64,000 nt of DNA. It comes from Octopus bimaculoides. Taxonomy: Eukaryota. The position numbers and the translations under genes are program-made. The notes under the pieces were generated by a model. The model worked only from the letters and a program-made list of their open reading frames with translations, was not told where the DNA came from and did no database searches. Shown here one piece after another: positions 12,120-25,229 of the stretch (within the stretch, counting starts at the first letter, position 1; every line of letters starts with the position of its first letter). The stretch lies in assembly GCF_001194135.2 (NCBI RefSeq), contig NC_069001.1:26364964-26428963 (forward strand). Direction: 5' to 3'.

Positions 12120-14522
12120 GAGATCCTACCCGATTTTAGCCGTTACAAACATGAAAACGATTCATTTGAATTATGTTCTTATACTCATCTACTGAAAAGA
12201 ACAAGAGAAAAACAAGAAAACAAAACAGAATATTCATTTTTGGAACCCCGCCTGTCATATTCCTTCTTTGATAAGGCTGACTTGGTGTTCAACCGCTATA
12301 TATAAAACATAAATATTGAAGATTACGAAAATTCGTCTTTGAAAAGTATATGTCCTTAGTGAGTACCATAAAAGAACGGCATGGAACATCCACCCTTATA
12401 TAGATCGCCATTGTATACCTTGGATCATTAATTCAGGCATGAGCAAGTGCTTGAGAAATTTGCTTCGTAGTTATGGGGATCCGATTTCGATCACATTGCA
12501 CGGCAATCCGAGCTTTCGTCCCTGATACAGGCTTGGATCAACACAAGCCTCTTGTGTGAAATTTAAGGGATAGGAAACGAAGAATTATGACCATAAATTG
12601 TACCTGAAATACAAAACCCAATTCCCGTTCTATTATACGGTATATCATGAGGATTCTATTTCAGAATTAATTCAGGATTATAGTTGTCTATTATCAAACA
12701 TTCAACTTTTTACAATATAATACATTAAATAAGCAGTTCTGTTAACCAAAATATGGAATACTCACCGTCGAATCCGACGCGAGATCCATTTTCTTTGTAT
12801 CTAGTTCGATGAAGAAATAAGTATGGTCCAGGTTTACCCTTTCTTTAAGGTGTACACAGAGAAGCAGTTTCAATTCAGGAATGCGAAATAACGAAGTGTT
12901 TATAAGTTGGTACCACTGTTTACCTACAGTAGAGGTTTTCAAGCAGAGAATTGTGGCACACTGTTGCCACGCGGTTTTTTTAATTTAAATAATAAAATTG
13001 CCAAATAATGTCTAATAACGGTAAAGTGTAGAGAAATTTACTTAGGGCGTAGCAGATTTTCTGATTATTTTTCTCATTTGTTATAAAAATCGATGTTTTG
13101 TACCTTTAATATAAGACAGGAGTGTGACGCGGTAAGAGAACTTTGGAACTACTTCCATACAGTTTGCTATTCCTTGCAATGTCAACCAACTAACCAAAAT
13201 ATAAATTTTGTAGCAATTCCTATTTATAAACCTTCAAACGCTGCAGTACAAAAATTTGAAATTTATTTTTCTCCAGAAACCATACATGTGCCAGAAAGAA
13301 GAGTCTATACATTAGCTAGAAATAGCAGCTGCGTTATCTCCAGTCATGCGATATCAACTTGAAAATATCAGGAGTTTGCAAATGTATATACCTACGAATG
13401 TCTGTAGGTACTGCATGGGGCCCGAACATGCCTCCTGCTCTTAGCCTAACATGCGCTAAATTAAAAACATAACTCCGGTTCTATAGCTACCCCTAGATGC
13501 TGGTGCTCTCCTTCATGAAGATCGTCATCATTATTAGCAGCAGCAGCATGATATGCCATACTCTACCAGAGACATGGCAGGATAGTCTTCATGGGATTAA
13601 GTTGATGTAGTTATCATTGAGAAAAAGGGTACAGAGATTAGAAGCCTTAATCATTATCATTTTCACAGAGCAGTGGAACAATTTCTGAGAGAAAGAGAGA
13701 GAGAGAGAGAGACAAACAGACAAACAGACAGATAGACAGTCAGTCAGAGACAAACATACAGACAGTCAGACAAACTGAGCCGGAGTGAGTGGTTGGAGTG
13801 AGAGGGAGAGAATGAATTTCGACCCTCAATACGTATCTTGTACTTTATTTTATCGGAAGGCTGAAAGGCACAATTGATTTCAGTGGCTTTTAACTCAGAT
13901 CGCATGGGATATTTCAATAGCTCAACTGCATCGATGTCACACTACCATTTCTGTCAATATAAACCATCATTTCTAACGCTTTACACAACACCACTGAATG
14001 TAAAGATGGGTTTCCTAATATAACAACGCTCGGGATCGAAAAATATTTCTGACGAAGGCACAAATTTAAATGGAGGTTGTTAGGTGACTGAATTTCTTCC
14101 ATTACTTAACTGGTTACATATTTATCGAGCCCGGAAAAGTAGAATATAAAATTGACCTCAATGGGATTCGAAATTACAAAGATGAGATCCGGAACAAATT
14201 CAGCGAGGGTTTTGCCCAATGTTGTATTGACTCTTACCCATCAGTTACTCCACAACTAGATAGACTAAGTAACGTTAGTAATTAAGGAACTTCCCTATTG
14301 ATCTAAAACATTGTTGGACTTGGATAAAAACTACCGACCTCTCAGACTGCCAGCGCTTGTTGCACATGTATGATTGAACCATGATAATGTTAAGGATAAT
14401 TGTTCTGGGAAGCCTCTTTACGGTCGGTTTACTTGTTCTATATAACGTTTAGATATATCTTCTTCCTCAAATCACATACTGCTAACAGTAAAAACAGCGA
14501 AATGCGTATTACTAGATGCGTT
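12120..14522 (-). ncRNA. Candidate spliced antisense transcript (lncRNA or micropeptide gene); exons 14522-14480, 13455-13392, 12842-12766, 12191-12120
   Basis: Each segment has a pyrimidine-rich AG acceptor and a GT donor (GTATGT, GTATAT, GTGAGT, GTGAGT). The last acceptor is very strong (TTTTCTCTTGTTCTTTTCAG). One frame stays open across all four exons. Confidence 0.35.
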
Positions 14523-16104
14523 CTTAAAACAGAGAAAGTAATAAATGATATGAACTGTCTGGTGCACTTAGGTCTGCTTGGTTCATGTGTAACGTGGGTG
14601 TTAGCCAACAACAGCAACACCATCGTCATAAATAATATTGACAATAACAACAACAACCTCTTGTCCGGATTAAGCGCTGTGCCATGGAATATAATTTGCT
14701 CAATGTCGGACAAGGGAACGGAATGAATGTGACAACATATTTCAGGCTTGTTTAATAAGTATCATTTTTATAATACCTACAGGCCAAATGCGATAAGTAG
14801 AGAGGAATCGGTAGAACGTTGCCGTACAAAAATCGTATACATTTGTGACGTCTACTGATTTCAAATCACAATGGAGTCGACTAGGTTTTTTATCTACCAG
14901 TAATATACGGTGGCTTGGATCAACAGGCATTATGTTCTACCTTGTAAATGCGCTGTTGGTGTACGTCAATCTAAGAGCTTTCTTTTTTATTACAATTTGT
15001 GTAATACTTGTATGTGTGAGTACACGAGTAAGTGAATGCGCGATGTGTTATCGTGTATGTCTAAGTGCTAAACAGACAGACAGGCTGTGTGTGTCCCAGT
15101 GTTACGATGTGTGTGGGTGAGTAACGTATATCTATGTGGTCGCTAGTTCGTCAGTCATTATATATATATGTGTACGTGTTTGCGTGTGTGTATGTGTGTA
15201 TGCTTTGATTCATCTTGTCTGTGATTGTGTGACGTAGACGTTGTTTAACTCTAGTTCAGAACTAATCGACTGAATCTGTGATTAAACTCACTCCGGTCAC
15301 AGACGGGATGGTCATGACCGGAACAAATACAGATCCACATTTTTTAAATGTATCGCTTTCTTAAGACTCTAGAGTAAATTTAGCTTCTATTTCTACAAGA
15401 TCCACCGCCCACATAATGGCTTCCTTTATTGGCTCCTTTAACGTTTACAGACATACTGAGAGCTACAAGCAGGCAACTGCCGAAGAGTAGATCTTGCGAT
15501 GCGGTTTCGATCCACAATAAACGTAATTTCTCACGAAATATGCAAGATAGCCACTTTTGGAGTAGGATGAAGGCCACAAATCCTTAATTCACTATAAATT
15601 TTTGTCATTGCTAGTTTTGATTCAATTTAGCGCAACTATGATGAAGAGAATTTTATCCAAGACCATCACACTCTTTGGGGTTCATCTCATTCTACATTAC
15701 CTAATGTCATCGATATTATAAAGCTAGTGTTAGGGAGATATGGCTACTATTTCTAGCGGTTAGAGCGTCCACTTGAGGCAATTCTTGTCCTTATTGTAAT
15801 AAAGTTTACCAGCGTCAGTTAGCAAAGACATTTAGAAACCTTGCTTTTCTCAACAGGCAGATGTCAGAAGACATGGTGTATCCCTTTTACTTCTTTGTCT
15901 TATGTTAAAAAGAAAGAAAACAGATAACTTCGGCCCCTTTTTGTACCCTTCTGTTCATTTCTGTGAGTGTGCGTGCGTTGTGTGTGGGTACAAGTCGTGT
16001 TATTGTTCGGAGTTCGAATTTACCGAACAGCTTTCATTTGGGACTGACAAGATTATCGATAATAGCAAATACATAAACTAATCTATCTGTCTATAAAACT
16101 ATCC

Positions 16105-16184
<80 letters not shown>
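16105..16184 (+). repeat. (ATCT)n tetranucleotide microsatellite
   Basis: Pure ATCT tandem array of about 20 units. Confidence 0.95.
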
Positions 16185-16551
16185 GGTTGTCTGTCTGTCT
16201 GTACCTATATATTATATATTTTGAAGTAATTAATGTTACTAATAAAACTTAGGCTCGCAAAATATCCTTTACCGCAGCATTTGGGAATCGTACCGCTCAG
16301 TTTCCTCGTTGTCTAGAAACTGAAGAAGATACTTTCACCTTTAGGAGAAAAGAAATATAACGCACATACACACACACACACACGCACGTATTCCCACACG
16401 CAAGCTCATATATCCATGTGCGGTGTGCGTGTGCGTTCCTATGTGCATATGTAGAGAGAGGATTTAGTGAGAAGGAAAGAATAAATCAAAGAAATGTGTG
16501 TGTTTGTGCCTGGGAGTTAATGTGTGTGTGAGTGTGTATTTGTATTTATGA

Positions 16552-16600
<49 letters not shown>

Positions 16601-16888
16601 AGCTTTTCTTTGTATATAACTAAAGCGCGGGATTATATACATAAATGTTATGTCAGAAGTGTCTGAGGTGGGGGGGAGGGTTGAAATTTTGTGAATTTTC
16701 TCTGCAACAATTTCATATGCAAACTGCATGTGTAGAACACTGTAGCGGAATTGGTAGGCCTCTTGTAAACCAAAGTGGCAATTCAGTTCCGATTATAGGC
16801 TGAAACCATATCACATCGTTTATGCAGTTTAAGACATTTATGGGATGAATAAGCGTTGTTTTATCCAAACCGTTATTGATATCATTTA

Positions 16889-17145
16889 TGTGAAGGTGTG
16901 TGAACTAGTGGTTAGGTTATTGCAATCACGATCGCGGGTTTGTGATTTCGATTCCTGGACTGGGCAGTCTGTTGTGTTCTTGAGCAAAACACTTCGTTTT
17001 ATGTTGCTCCTGTTCACTCAGCTGTAAATGAGTATTCCTACAAGTGACTAGCGTCCCGTCCAGCAAGAATGTCTCCACCTCGGTCAGTTATATGCCATGG
17101 GAAACGGGCAAGCAGTGCAATGAGTTCGACGACTCGAGACAGGAA
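16889..17145 (+). mobile_element. Degenerate tRNA-derived SINE with a CORE/V-like central domain
   Basis: Head with A-box-like CTAGTGGTTAGG and B-box-like GATTTCGATTCC, then TTGTGTTCTTGAGCAAAACACTT...CACTCAGCTGTAAATGAGTA and GACTAGCGTCCCGTCCAG. Confidence 0.65.
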
Positions 17146-18777
17146 TATCCATATTGATATTCTTCAAAATATATAGAGCTCGTATGTGGTGTTTAAAAGT
17201 AAACCTTGTTTCGGTATTGCTTTTATTTAATCCCATTCCAACATTGAGAGGTTAGATCAGGAGTCACCTAACTATTTCGACCATTGACCCCTTTTAGCCA
17301 CTTCTTCTTCTGCATCAATCACCCTCCTTATTTAAAATATTTTGATAGTCAACCCTACCGTACCATATCTTAAATACGTACCGGGTACTGATGCTAGCAA
17401 TTAAAATTTTGGCTAAAATATACATGTACAACAAATTAAGAAATTCTATTGAAGATGACACATTTTTTTGCATTTAGAACTACGTGTACAGTATTATTAC
17501 GGTATTAAATTTTCAGTTTTTATGAAATTATTTTTTAACCATTAGATCTATATAATGAAAGACATTCAAGCCATGGCCTTACCGTCTAACGTAAAATTAT
17601 TTTGAGGAATCTTCAATCGAGATTATGCCAAATATTTTAACATTTTAAAGAATGTAGAGCCGAATTTGAATGATAGCCGGCTACTATTTTGTACATCTCA
17701 AGTGATTTCATAATTCCTCGTTTATCTGGCGTAACGCTAAAATAACCCCCCCCCACGGCCACCTCCAGCAATTTTAGTTCACGATCCTGTTTCGAATCTC
17801 ACATGGAGAAGAGAATCTATACGTTTTTCAAGTATCTTTCATGAGGAGTCAGGCTGGAGGTCGTGCTAGAAAGAGCAACCAATTTTCACTTTGAAGGGGA
17901 AAATCATATATATATATATATATATATGCACACACATACACAGCCTGAAATACGATGGGGTGGTCACAGGTGGAAGCTCGTTAATCGTTAATCACATCGA
18001 TTTGAGATTATTTGGGTTAAACAGCAAAACCACAGCAAGTATGCTGCCCTACAATTACTCCTCCTCATTTTTCCCCTCCCTTCTTCTGCACCTCCTTCCT
18101 CTCCTTTCTCCCGTCTTCCCCACTCCAGGGTCGCTTTTACTTTATAACATGATTATTTTGGTTTCGTTTTGTGCTGAAACGAAATGAAACATGTAATGTG
18201 TATAAGTGTGTGCAATGATTTCGATTTAATCTGTCGTATATAGTAAAGGGAGTTGAAAACCGTTATTTAGTACATATTTTGTAGTGTTATGGGAAAAAGC
18301 TGCCTTTTGAGGTGCTTAATAGAACAATCAGAGGAAATAACAGTTTTAACTTCAACTAATACAATTGCTAATAAGATGATGATGAAAGTGATAGTGGATT
18401 TGTTCTTTAAAAGCAAATCCATTTGGATAGATAAGTAATAGAAACCAAACACAGCAGTGTGAGTGTGAGTGTGAGCATGGCAGTTACAATACTTACAAAG
18501 GTACAAACAGAATTCGGTTTCTTGCCGCTCTCACAAACACATATGTATCGATATCTATGTGCGTGTGTAGGTCTGTCTGTTTGGTAGTCGGTCTGTCTGT
18601 CTGTCTGTATGTATGTATGTAGACAAATGGGTATGAACGTATGTTAAGCGTAAGTCAAATCTTTCTCCTTTCCGACACTCTATGACAGTCTCCCTATTTC
18701 TCTCTGTTTTGGTCCCTTCCGCTTGTTCTTTACTCTTTTTCTGTATGCCCGGGATTTGTGGTTGTTTATAAATTCAA

Positions 18778-18829
<52 letters not shown>

Positions 18830-19721
18830 NNNNNNNNNNNNNNNNNNNNNNNNNNNNNNNNNNNNNNNNNNNNNNNNNNNNNNNNNNNNNNNNNNNNNNN
18901 NNNNNNNNNNNNNNNNNNNNNNNNNNNNNNNNNNNNNNNNNNNNNNNNNNNNNNNNNNNNNNNNNNNNNNNNNNNNNNNNNNNNNNNNNNNNNNNNNNNN
19001 NNNNNNNNNNNNNNNNNNNNNNNNNNNNNNNNNNNNNNNNNNNNNNNNNNNNNNNNNNNNNNNNNNNNNNNNNNNNNNNNNNNNNNNNNNNNNNNNNNNN
19101 NNNNNNNNNNNNNNNNNNNNNNNNNNNNNNNNNNNNNNNNNNNNNNNNNNNNNNNNNNNNNNNNNNNNNNNNNNNNNNNNNNNNNNNNNNNNNNNNNNNN
19201 NNNNNNNNNNNNNNNNNNNNNNNNNNNNNNNNNNNNNNNNNNNNNNNNNNNNNNNNNNNNNNNNNNNNNNNNNNNNNNNNNNNNNNNNNNNNNNNNNNNN
19301 NNNNNNNNNNNNNNNNNNNNNNNNNNNNNNNNNNNNNNNNNNNNNNNNNNNNNNNNNNNNNNNNNNNNNNNNNNNNNNNNNNNNNNNNNNNNNNNNNNNN
19401 NNNNNNNNCCAAATTTCTCGATTAATTTTCAACTTAATATTCGATCATATCCCTCAAAATCAATATGAAATTTTGGATCTTTCATGAATTATTTTCCTAA
19501 ACTTTGACTGCAAAATAAACCGATATAGTTATCTACAGAATTCGAAGCCACAGGATTGTTTTGTTGCTTTCATTTTTTTTTTTTATGTAGGTGGGTTGGT
19601 TAGCTAAGCCTTGACCTTTATAGGTCCTTTCCGTCAGTGCTAATATTGATACGGGTCATATCTTCAACTGGAACATTTATAGATTGACCTCTGTCCTCCG
19701 CCTCCCCCCACAAAAATTATT

Positions 19722-20105
19722 GGCGTAAGCATCGCTGTATGGTTAAGAAGTTTGTTCTACAATGAAGAGGGTTCTCGTTCAGTTCCTTTGCCTGGCCCCT
19801 TGCATGAGTGCCTTCCATTATAGCCCCGGGTCCCCTAATACTTGGTGAGTAAATTTGATAGGCGGGAAATGCGTGGAAGCTCGTCGTACACACAGACACA
19901 TATTGTGTGTGTGTGTGTGTTCGACCCCATCACTGTCTGGCAACCGTTGTTGCTTTGTTTACGTCCTTGTATTTTAATGATTCATCAAAAGTGGCCGAAA
20001 GACTGAGTACCAGACTTTAGAAAATATTCGATGTTTTGTTCGACAAAATCCTTCAAGGTGGTGCTCCAGCATTGCCACAGTCAAATGACTGAAACAGTTT
20101 AAAAA
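19722..20105 (+). mobile_element. Degenerate SINE, family B (CORE-like head; GGTGCTCCAGCATGGCCGCAGTCAAATGACTGAAAC tail)
   Basis: 3' part matches the copies at 33390, 56822 and 63525. Confidence 0.7.
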
Positions 20106-20862
20106 AATGTAGAGAATTACAGATAATTGGTAAGTTCGACTAAAGAAGGTTGTGGAATGTAGTTAGAGCGGTGCTTTGGAATCAGAACACCGTATAGATA
20201 ACGATAAGAGCTAGAAAAGCGGCGACGAGTGGGCCAGGTGGTTTGTCACTGGTTTATTTTAGAACCCCTTTTAATTGATGTTAATCTTCAATCAACGTCT
20301 AATTAGTAGTGTTAATACATCTTGCCATCACTCGGAATTCTGTGAAATTCCTGAACGAAAAACCAATTTTCCTCTCTGGCTTTCTTGTTACCATAGTATG
20401 AAAATGAACCAGAATTTAGGTTTCACGTTACAGAATTCTACGCTAGAGCAAAATTTGTCAGGAATGCAACGCTTCTGTAACATGGGATGCGTTTGTATTC
20501 ATATCAGCAGAATAAAGCGGTTAACGTTGTTGTCATCGTTGTTTTTGCGGCTGTATGTATTTTTGTTGTTGAAGATTAAGATGTTGTTGGTGTTGTTTAG
20601 CTCTATATCGGCTTCGGACGAACAGAAACGACTTAGAACAACAACAACTAACTACAAAGTATTGTGGTATATTGGAGATTACTCAGTTGCATTGTAAGAC
20701 AGTAAGATATGATTTGATTTGAATGAGATTTTAGCTGCTGTTTCTGATAAATATTGTTTAGTCCAAGGTCAGCTCTGGTTTCATTGACACATGGTCAATC
20801 GTGTTCCACGTATGATCGTCACAACGATCATGCGTAAATGTTAAAATTTGAAACATTACAGA

Positions 20863-20899
<37 letters not shown>

Positions 20900-20974
20900 A
20901 CACACACGCAAACATCTACCCAGCCAGCCAATCATTCTCTCTGCCCACCACTATTTCTTAGAGGATCGTAGGTG

Positions 20975-21420
20975 TTATATCCACAAACACCTTCTCTCTT
21001 TGGCGTTCTCAGGAGCAACCGTTATTACACTTTTCGACTGGGATCCTCAGGAGTTACCAAGATTATTGATATTATCCAACCATTTCGTTCTTTGTCTGAC
21101 GCTAGGTCACCTTCCAGTTGTCTTGGCTGAAAGAACCTATCTTGTGTTTATTTCCTGCGACATTCCAATCACATGTCCGTAGAAGCGGCCCTTTGACCTT
21201 TCAATGAGGAGAGGTAGGGTCTATATCTGGAGAGAATCCCTGATCTCGGAGCTATGCGGCCTGTTGAGTATCGTTGCACGAGCGATCCCGCGGTGGAACT
21301 CCATTCGGCTCCTATTATTTACGTATCATGGATTAAATTAATTTTGTACTTGTTAGCCCAGACACATGATCAACGTTGACCATCTCGTTCGTTTCGCTTA
21401 CACGATGTCTGTAAGACTAA
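20975..21420 (-). mobile_element. RTE-clade LINE 3' ORF fragment, degenerate
   Basis: The - strand reads IRDSLQI*TLPLLIERSKGRFYGHVIGM...AKTTGR*PSVRQRTKWLDNI. This resembles the RTE C-terminal motif IERSQLRWFGHV...GRRPRGRPRTRW. Confidence 0.75.
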
Positions 21421-21850
21421 ATTATGTAATAAACCATCCAGCTACTTTTAAGACAAGGCAGTCTGATTTCTAGTAAAACTGACTGCTATTTCCAAAAGAG
21501 CAAATGACCGCTTATAGGTGCTTTCCTTGGTGCGGTTTACTTAATTTTGTTATTTATGATGAAGATATATCCTGTGGTATTTTGTTGCGTCCCAGGCATT
21601 CTGTCTGCGTTCTAATCTCTTCGATGTCGTGTTTGTCTTATATCTTTCGTGGTCAGTAATAGCAATTAAACAGGTCGATATCGTTCAGCACTTCCCCTCC
21701 TTTAAAATATCCGTCTCTACTTGACTGTGTATGGCTATGTGTTGGCATGAGTCTTTCTCTCTCTCCTCCCCTTCCTCCCTCTCATTCTTAATCTCCCTCT
21801 CTCACTCTCTTCCTCTGTCCATTCCTCTCTCCCTCTCTCTGCCTCTCTCC

Positions 21851-21888
<38 letters not shown>

Positions 21889-22244
21889 GTTCTTTCAAAT
21901 TTTGGGTAGCTGTGGATTGCTATATGCCAGTAATTACGCTTAGCTCTTTTTCTGTGCCTGTGTGGGCGAGCGAGCGTATTCCAGCGTGTATTGGCCATAT
22001 ACGTGTATGTATTGATGTGTGTATATATGCGCATTAGTAATGCTGTGCCTGTCTGTATGTGCTTGTGTACAAGTATACATGTGCATGCGTGTGTTTGAAG
22101 TACTTGTAAGTTTGTCTGTCTGTACGTTACTCATTATGATTTCAAACCCTATACGCAGTGGACATGTAAACTTCATGTGAAAATACAGAGGAAAAAAAAA
22201 CGCAAATATTTATGTTGTTTTGCTTTATGTATTTATTTTATGTT

Positions 22245-22843
22245 TTATCTTTTACTCTTGTCAGTCATCAGACTGTGGCCATACTGGGGCTCCGCCTGGA
22301 AGGTCTCTAGTGTAATATATCGAACCCGGTACTTATTTTAAAGCCTGGTTCCTATTCTTATTTCTTTACTGCCCACAAGGGGCTACACAAAGAGGGGACA
22401 AACAAGGACAGACAAACGGATTAAATCGATTATATCGACCCCAGTGCGTAACTGGTACTTATTTAATTGACCCCGAAAGGATGAAAGGCAAAGTCGACCT
22501 CGGCGGAATTTGAACTCAGAACGTAGCGGCAGACGAAATACCACTAAGCATTTCGCCCGGTGTGCTAACATTTCTGCCAGCTCACCTGGTTCCTATTCTA
22601 TCGGATACTTATGTCGAACCGCAATATCACAGAGATGAAAACAAACGAACAGCGTTAACAATCGGTGGTGGAGACCAAAACACAGGCCATCATCTTTCAG
22701 TTTCCGTGTACTAAATCCAGCCACAAAGATTTGGTCGGCCCGGGGCTGTAGCAGAATCACGTAGCTAAGATGCTATGCAGTGAGTCCGAACCCGGAATCA
22801 TTTGGTTGGGAATCAAACTTCTAACTACACAGCCACGCCTGCG
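22245..22843 (-). mobile_element. Family B SINE interrupted by a younger family A-type SINE
   Basis: Tail half at 22245-22358 and head half at 22585-22843 (CTTTCAGTTTCCGT...CACAGCCACGCCTG), separated by the insertion. Confidence 0.8.
22359..22584 (-). mobile_element. Near full-length young family A-type SINE with a 13-15 bp target-site duplication
   Basis: CCTGGTTCCTATTCT occurs at 22344-22358 and at 22585-22599. Head GGTGAGCTGGCAGAAATGTTAGC and B-box-like GAGTTCAAATTCC. Confidence 0.9.
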
Positions 22844-23411
22844 TCTATATATATATTTATTTTATACATTTGACTGTATTTCATAACCCTTCTGTTGTAA
22901 TATTGAAATATAGGAGTATATTACTTGATATGCATACGCTATAGTTTAACACTGATTCTTTATGTAATTGATGCAATGTAGATGTGCACATCGGCCAACG
23001 TTTGTATATGTGTCTAACGAAAAACAACAATGTACTCGCACGTGTTAGCNNNNNNNNNNNNNNNNNNNNNNNNNNNNNNNNNNNNNNNNNNNNNNNNNNN
23101 NNNNNNNNNNNNNNNNNNNNNNNNNNNNNNNNNNNNNNNNNNNNNNNNNATATGTATATATATTTATATATATGTATATATATATATTTATATATGTATG
23201 ACCGCGTTTCCATCGTTGGCGATTTTCTTTCTCTGTCTTCCCTTCTTTGGACTTTTCCTATATTTCTGAAGAAGAGCTCCTCTCGAAACGTGAAATCCTC
23301 TTTCTTTTCTTTCCTTTCCTTTCCTGAGCGTCCAATAACACTGTACTTATTCCACGTCCTCGCGTTGTTGTTTTTTCGTGTTTTCTCTTGGTTGTTCATG
23401 TTTGGATTGAC

Positions 23412-23445
<34 letters not shown>

Positions 23446-23455
23446 NNNNNNNNNN

Positions 23456-23499
<44 letters not shown>

Positions 23500-24085
23500 G
23501 GTGTTTGTGTGTGTGTGTGTGTATGTGTGAGTACGTTCGTGGATGTTATGAAATCTCTCTACTTCTTCGTGACGGTATTCTTTGGCATGTTCTGGTGTAT
23601 ATGTGAGTGAATTTGGCGTTCGTGACAGTTACACAGCGTGTTAAAAATAGCTATAAAATCTCTTTCAAAGTACATCCTAGCTTCTTCAAAATTGACTAGG
23701 ACAATGGTTAATTTAATCTTAGACGCACTCCGGTCACAAATAAAACAAAAATGTAACGAATGTTATTGGTTAATGAATCCAGATCATTCTATTTTTGAAT
23801 GCCTCAGCTCATAGTTATATAAGCTGCGAATGACTTGTGGTTCACTAACAAGCAAAACAGCAGCAGCCACAATGGAGAGACATAAAGACATACTTCGGCC
23901 GGAGGGCAGGCTAGACGAGACAGGATTTTGACATAGATCGAAAGAGTTCAATAATAATATTTCAATGAATAACTCGAAGCATCTTGTTCGGCACTTCACT
24001 GATTCCGACATCAATCACGCTTGGTGATGGTAATGATGATGATGGTCATGTTGTTGCTGCTTCTGTAGCTGCTGCTGATGGTGAT

Positions 24086-25052
24086 TCCCACTCTAGGCAC
24101 AGGGGCAGCATGTTTGAGACTAGGGAGCTGGTCGATTACATCGGCTCCCTAAATTCAACTAGTATACAGGGTGTCCACAAAGTTTGGGTACATGGGATAA
24201 ACACATACTTTAAGAAATTATCATTTCTTATACTTAATTGTTTATGTTATGATTTTATTTACTCGATGTACCCAGACTTTGTGGACACCCTGTATATTTC
24301 ATCGATCAACAAAATATGAAAGGCAAAATGTGATACGGACGATATTTGATCTCTGAACATAATGAATAGAAAAATAAAATTATACTAAGTATTTTGTTCG
24401 GCGTGCTAATGATTCTCCCACCTCACCATCTTAATGGTTTTTTGCTATATTTGTCACAAGTCCGGCAATTTTTAGGGAGAGAGGCAAATAAATTAATTCA
24501 GTTTCAGTACTTGATGGGTACTTTATATTGTCGATGACGAAAGGCAAGTTAAACTCGGCGGGATTTGAACTCAGAATGAAAGAAGTAGATATAAATACAA
24601 GACACACAAAAGCTAAAACGATCCTGCCTGCTCACCGACGTTGTTTCTTATATAAACATAAGGACAGTAATCCTGAGGAGATAAGTTTTTTGATATCATC
24701 GATCTCCCCCACCACTTGACTGGAATTTAATTTTATTATGACCGGAAGAATGAGATATAACTGTGACCTTAGTTGAATTCGAACCCAGGATGCAAAGGTT
24801 CGTAACCGAAAGTGGCAAAATACTTTTTTCAGTTTTATTAATTCTACGAATCCACTTTTATTTGTTGTTATATTTTATTTGCGACGAGGACTGCTTATCC
24901 GCAAATAACAGTCAATATTACTGTTGTTAATGGCATTTGTCTACATTCTGAGTTCGAATTTGGTCAACTTTACCTTTCATCATGTTGCGGTCGATAATAT
25001 GAGTAGCAACTGAGTACTAGGGTGGATGTAATCGAATTACGCCACTCTTGAG

Positions 25053-25110
<58 letters not shown>
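24086..25110. mobile_element. Cluster of four degenerate family A SINEs: three on - (24086-24427, 24440-24637, 24690-24855) and one on + (24925-25053) with an (ATT)n tail to 25110
   Basis: Each copy carries parts of the AAAGGCAAAGTCGACC / GAACTCAGAAC core or its complement. Confidence 0.65.
24167..24292. mobile_element. 126 bp Tc1/mariner-type MITE inserted into a SINE
   Basis: 27 bp TIRs CAGGGTGTCCACAAAGTTTGGGTACAT / ATGTACCCAGACTTTGTGGACACCCTG with one mismatch. TA target duplication at 24165-24166 and 24293-24294. Confidence 0.92.
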
Positions 25111-25229
25111 TTAAAGATATTGATAAAGATGTTGTCACTGATTATAATTAGGCACCTTTGGAGGAATAAATGTTTTAGCCATCTGTGTATCAAATTTTAT
25201 GTACGTATATCGTAAAAGACAAATTGACT

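Noticed and set aside
12742-12942. HTYFFIELDTKKMDL resembling the kainate-receptor ATD motif YHYFFTTLDLFALDL
   Set aside because: It is on the opposite strand to exon 1, its flanks do not extend the similarity, and a short match is expected by chance. Kept only as part of the antisense-transcript candidate.
15284-15380. Minus-strand GTGAGT donor as a further upstream exon of the antisense candidate
   Set aside because: It lies in a TCCGGTCA...TGACCGGA repeat-like segment with a related motif at ~23726, and its acceptor is weak.
19560-19620. Strong acceptor followed by GT GGG TTG (G-G-L) as a possible receptor exon 2
   Set aside because: The frame stops almost at once (GGLVS*) and shows no ATD similarity.
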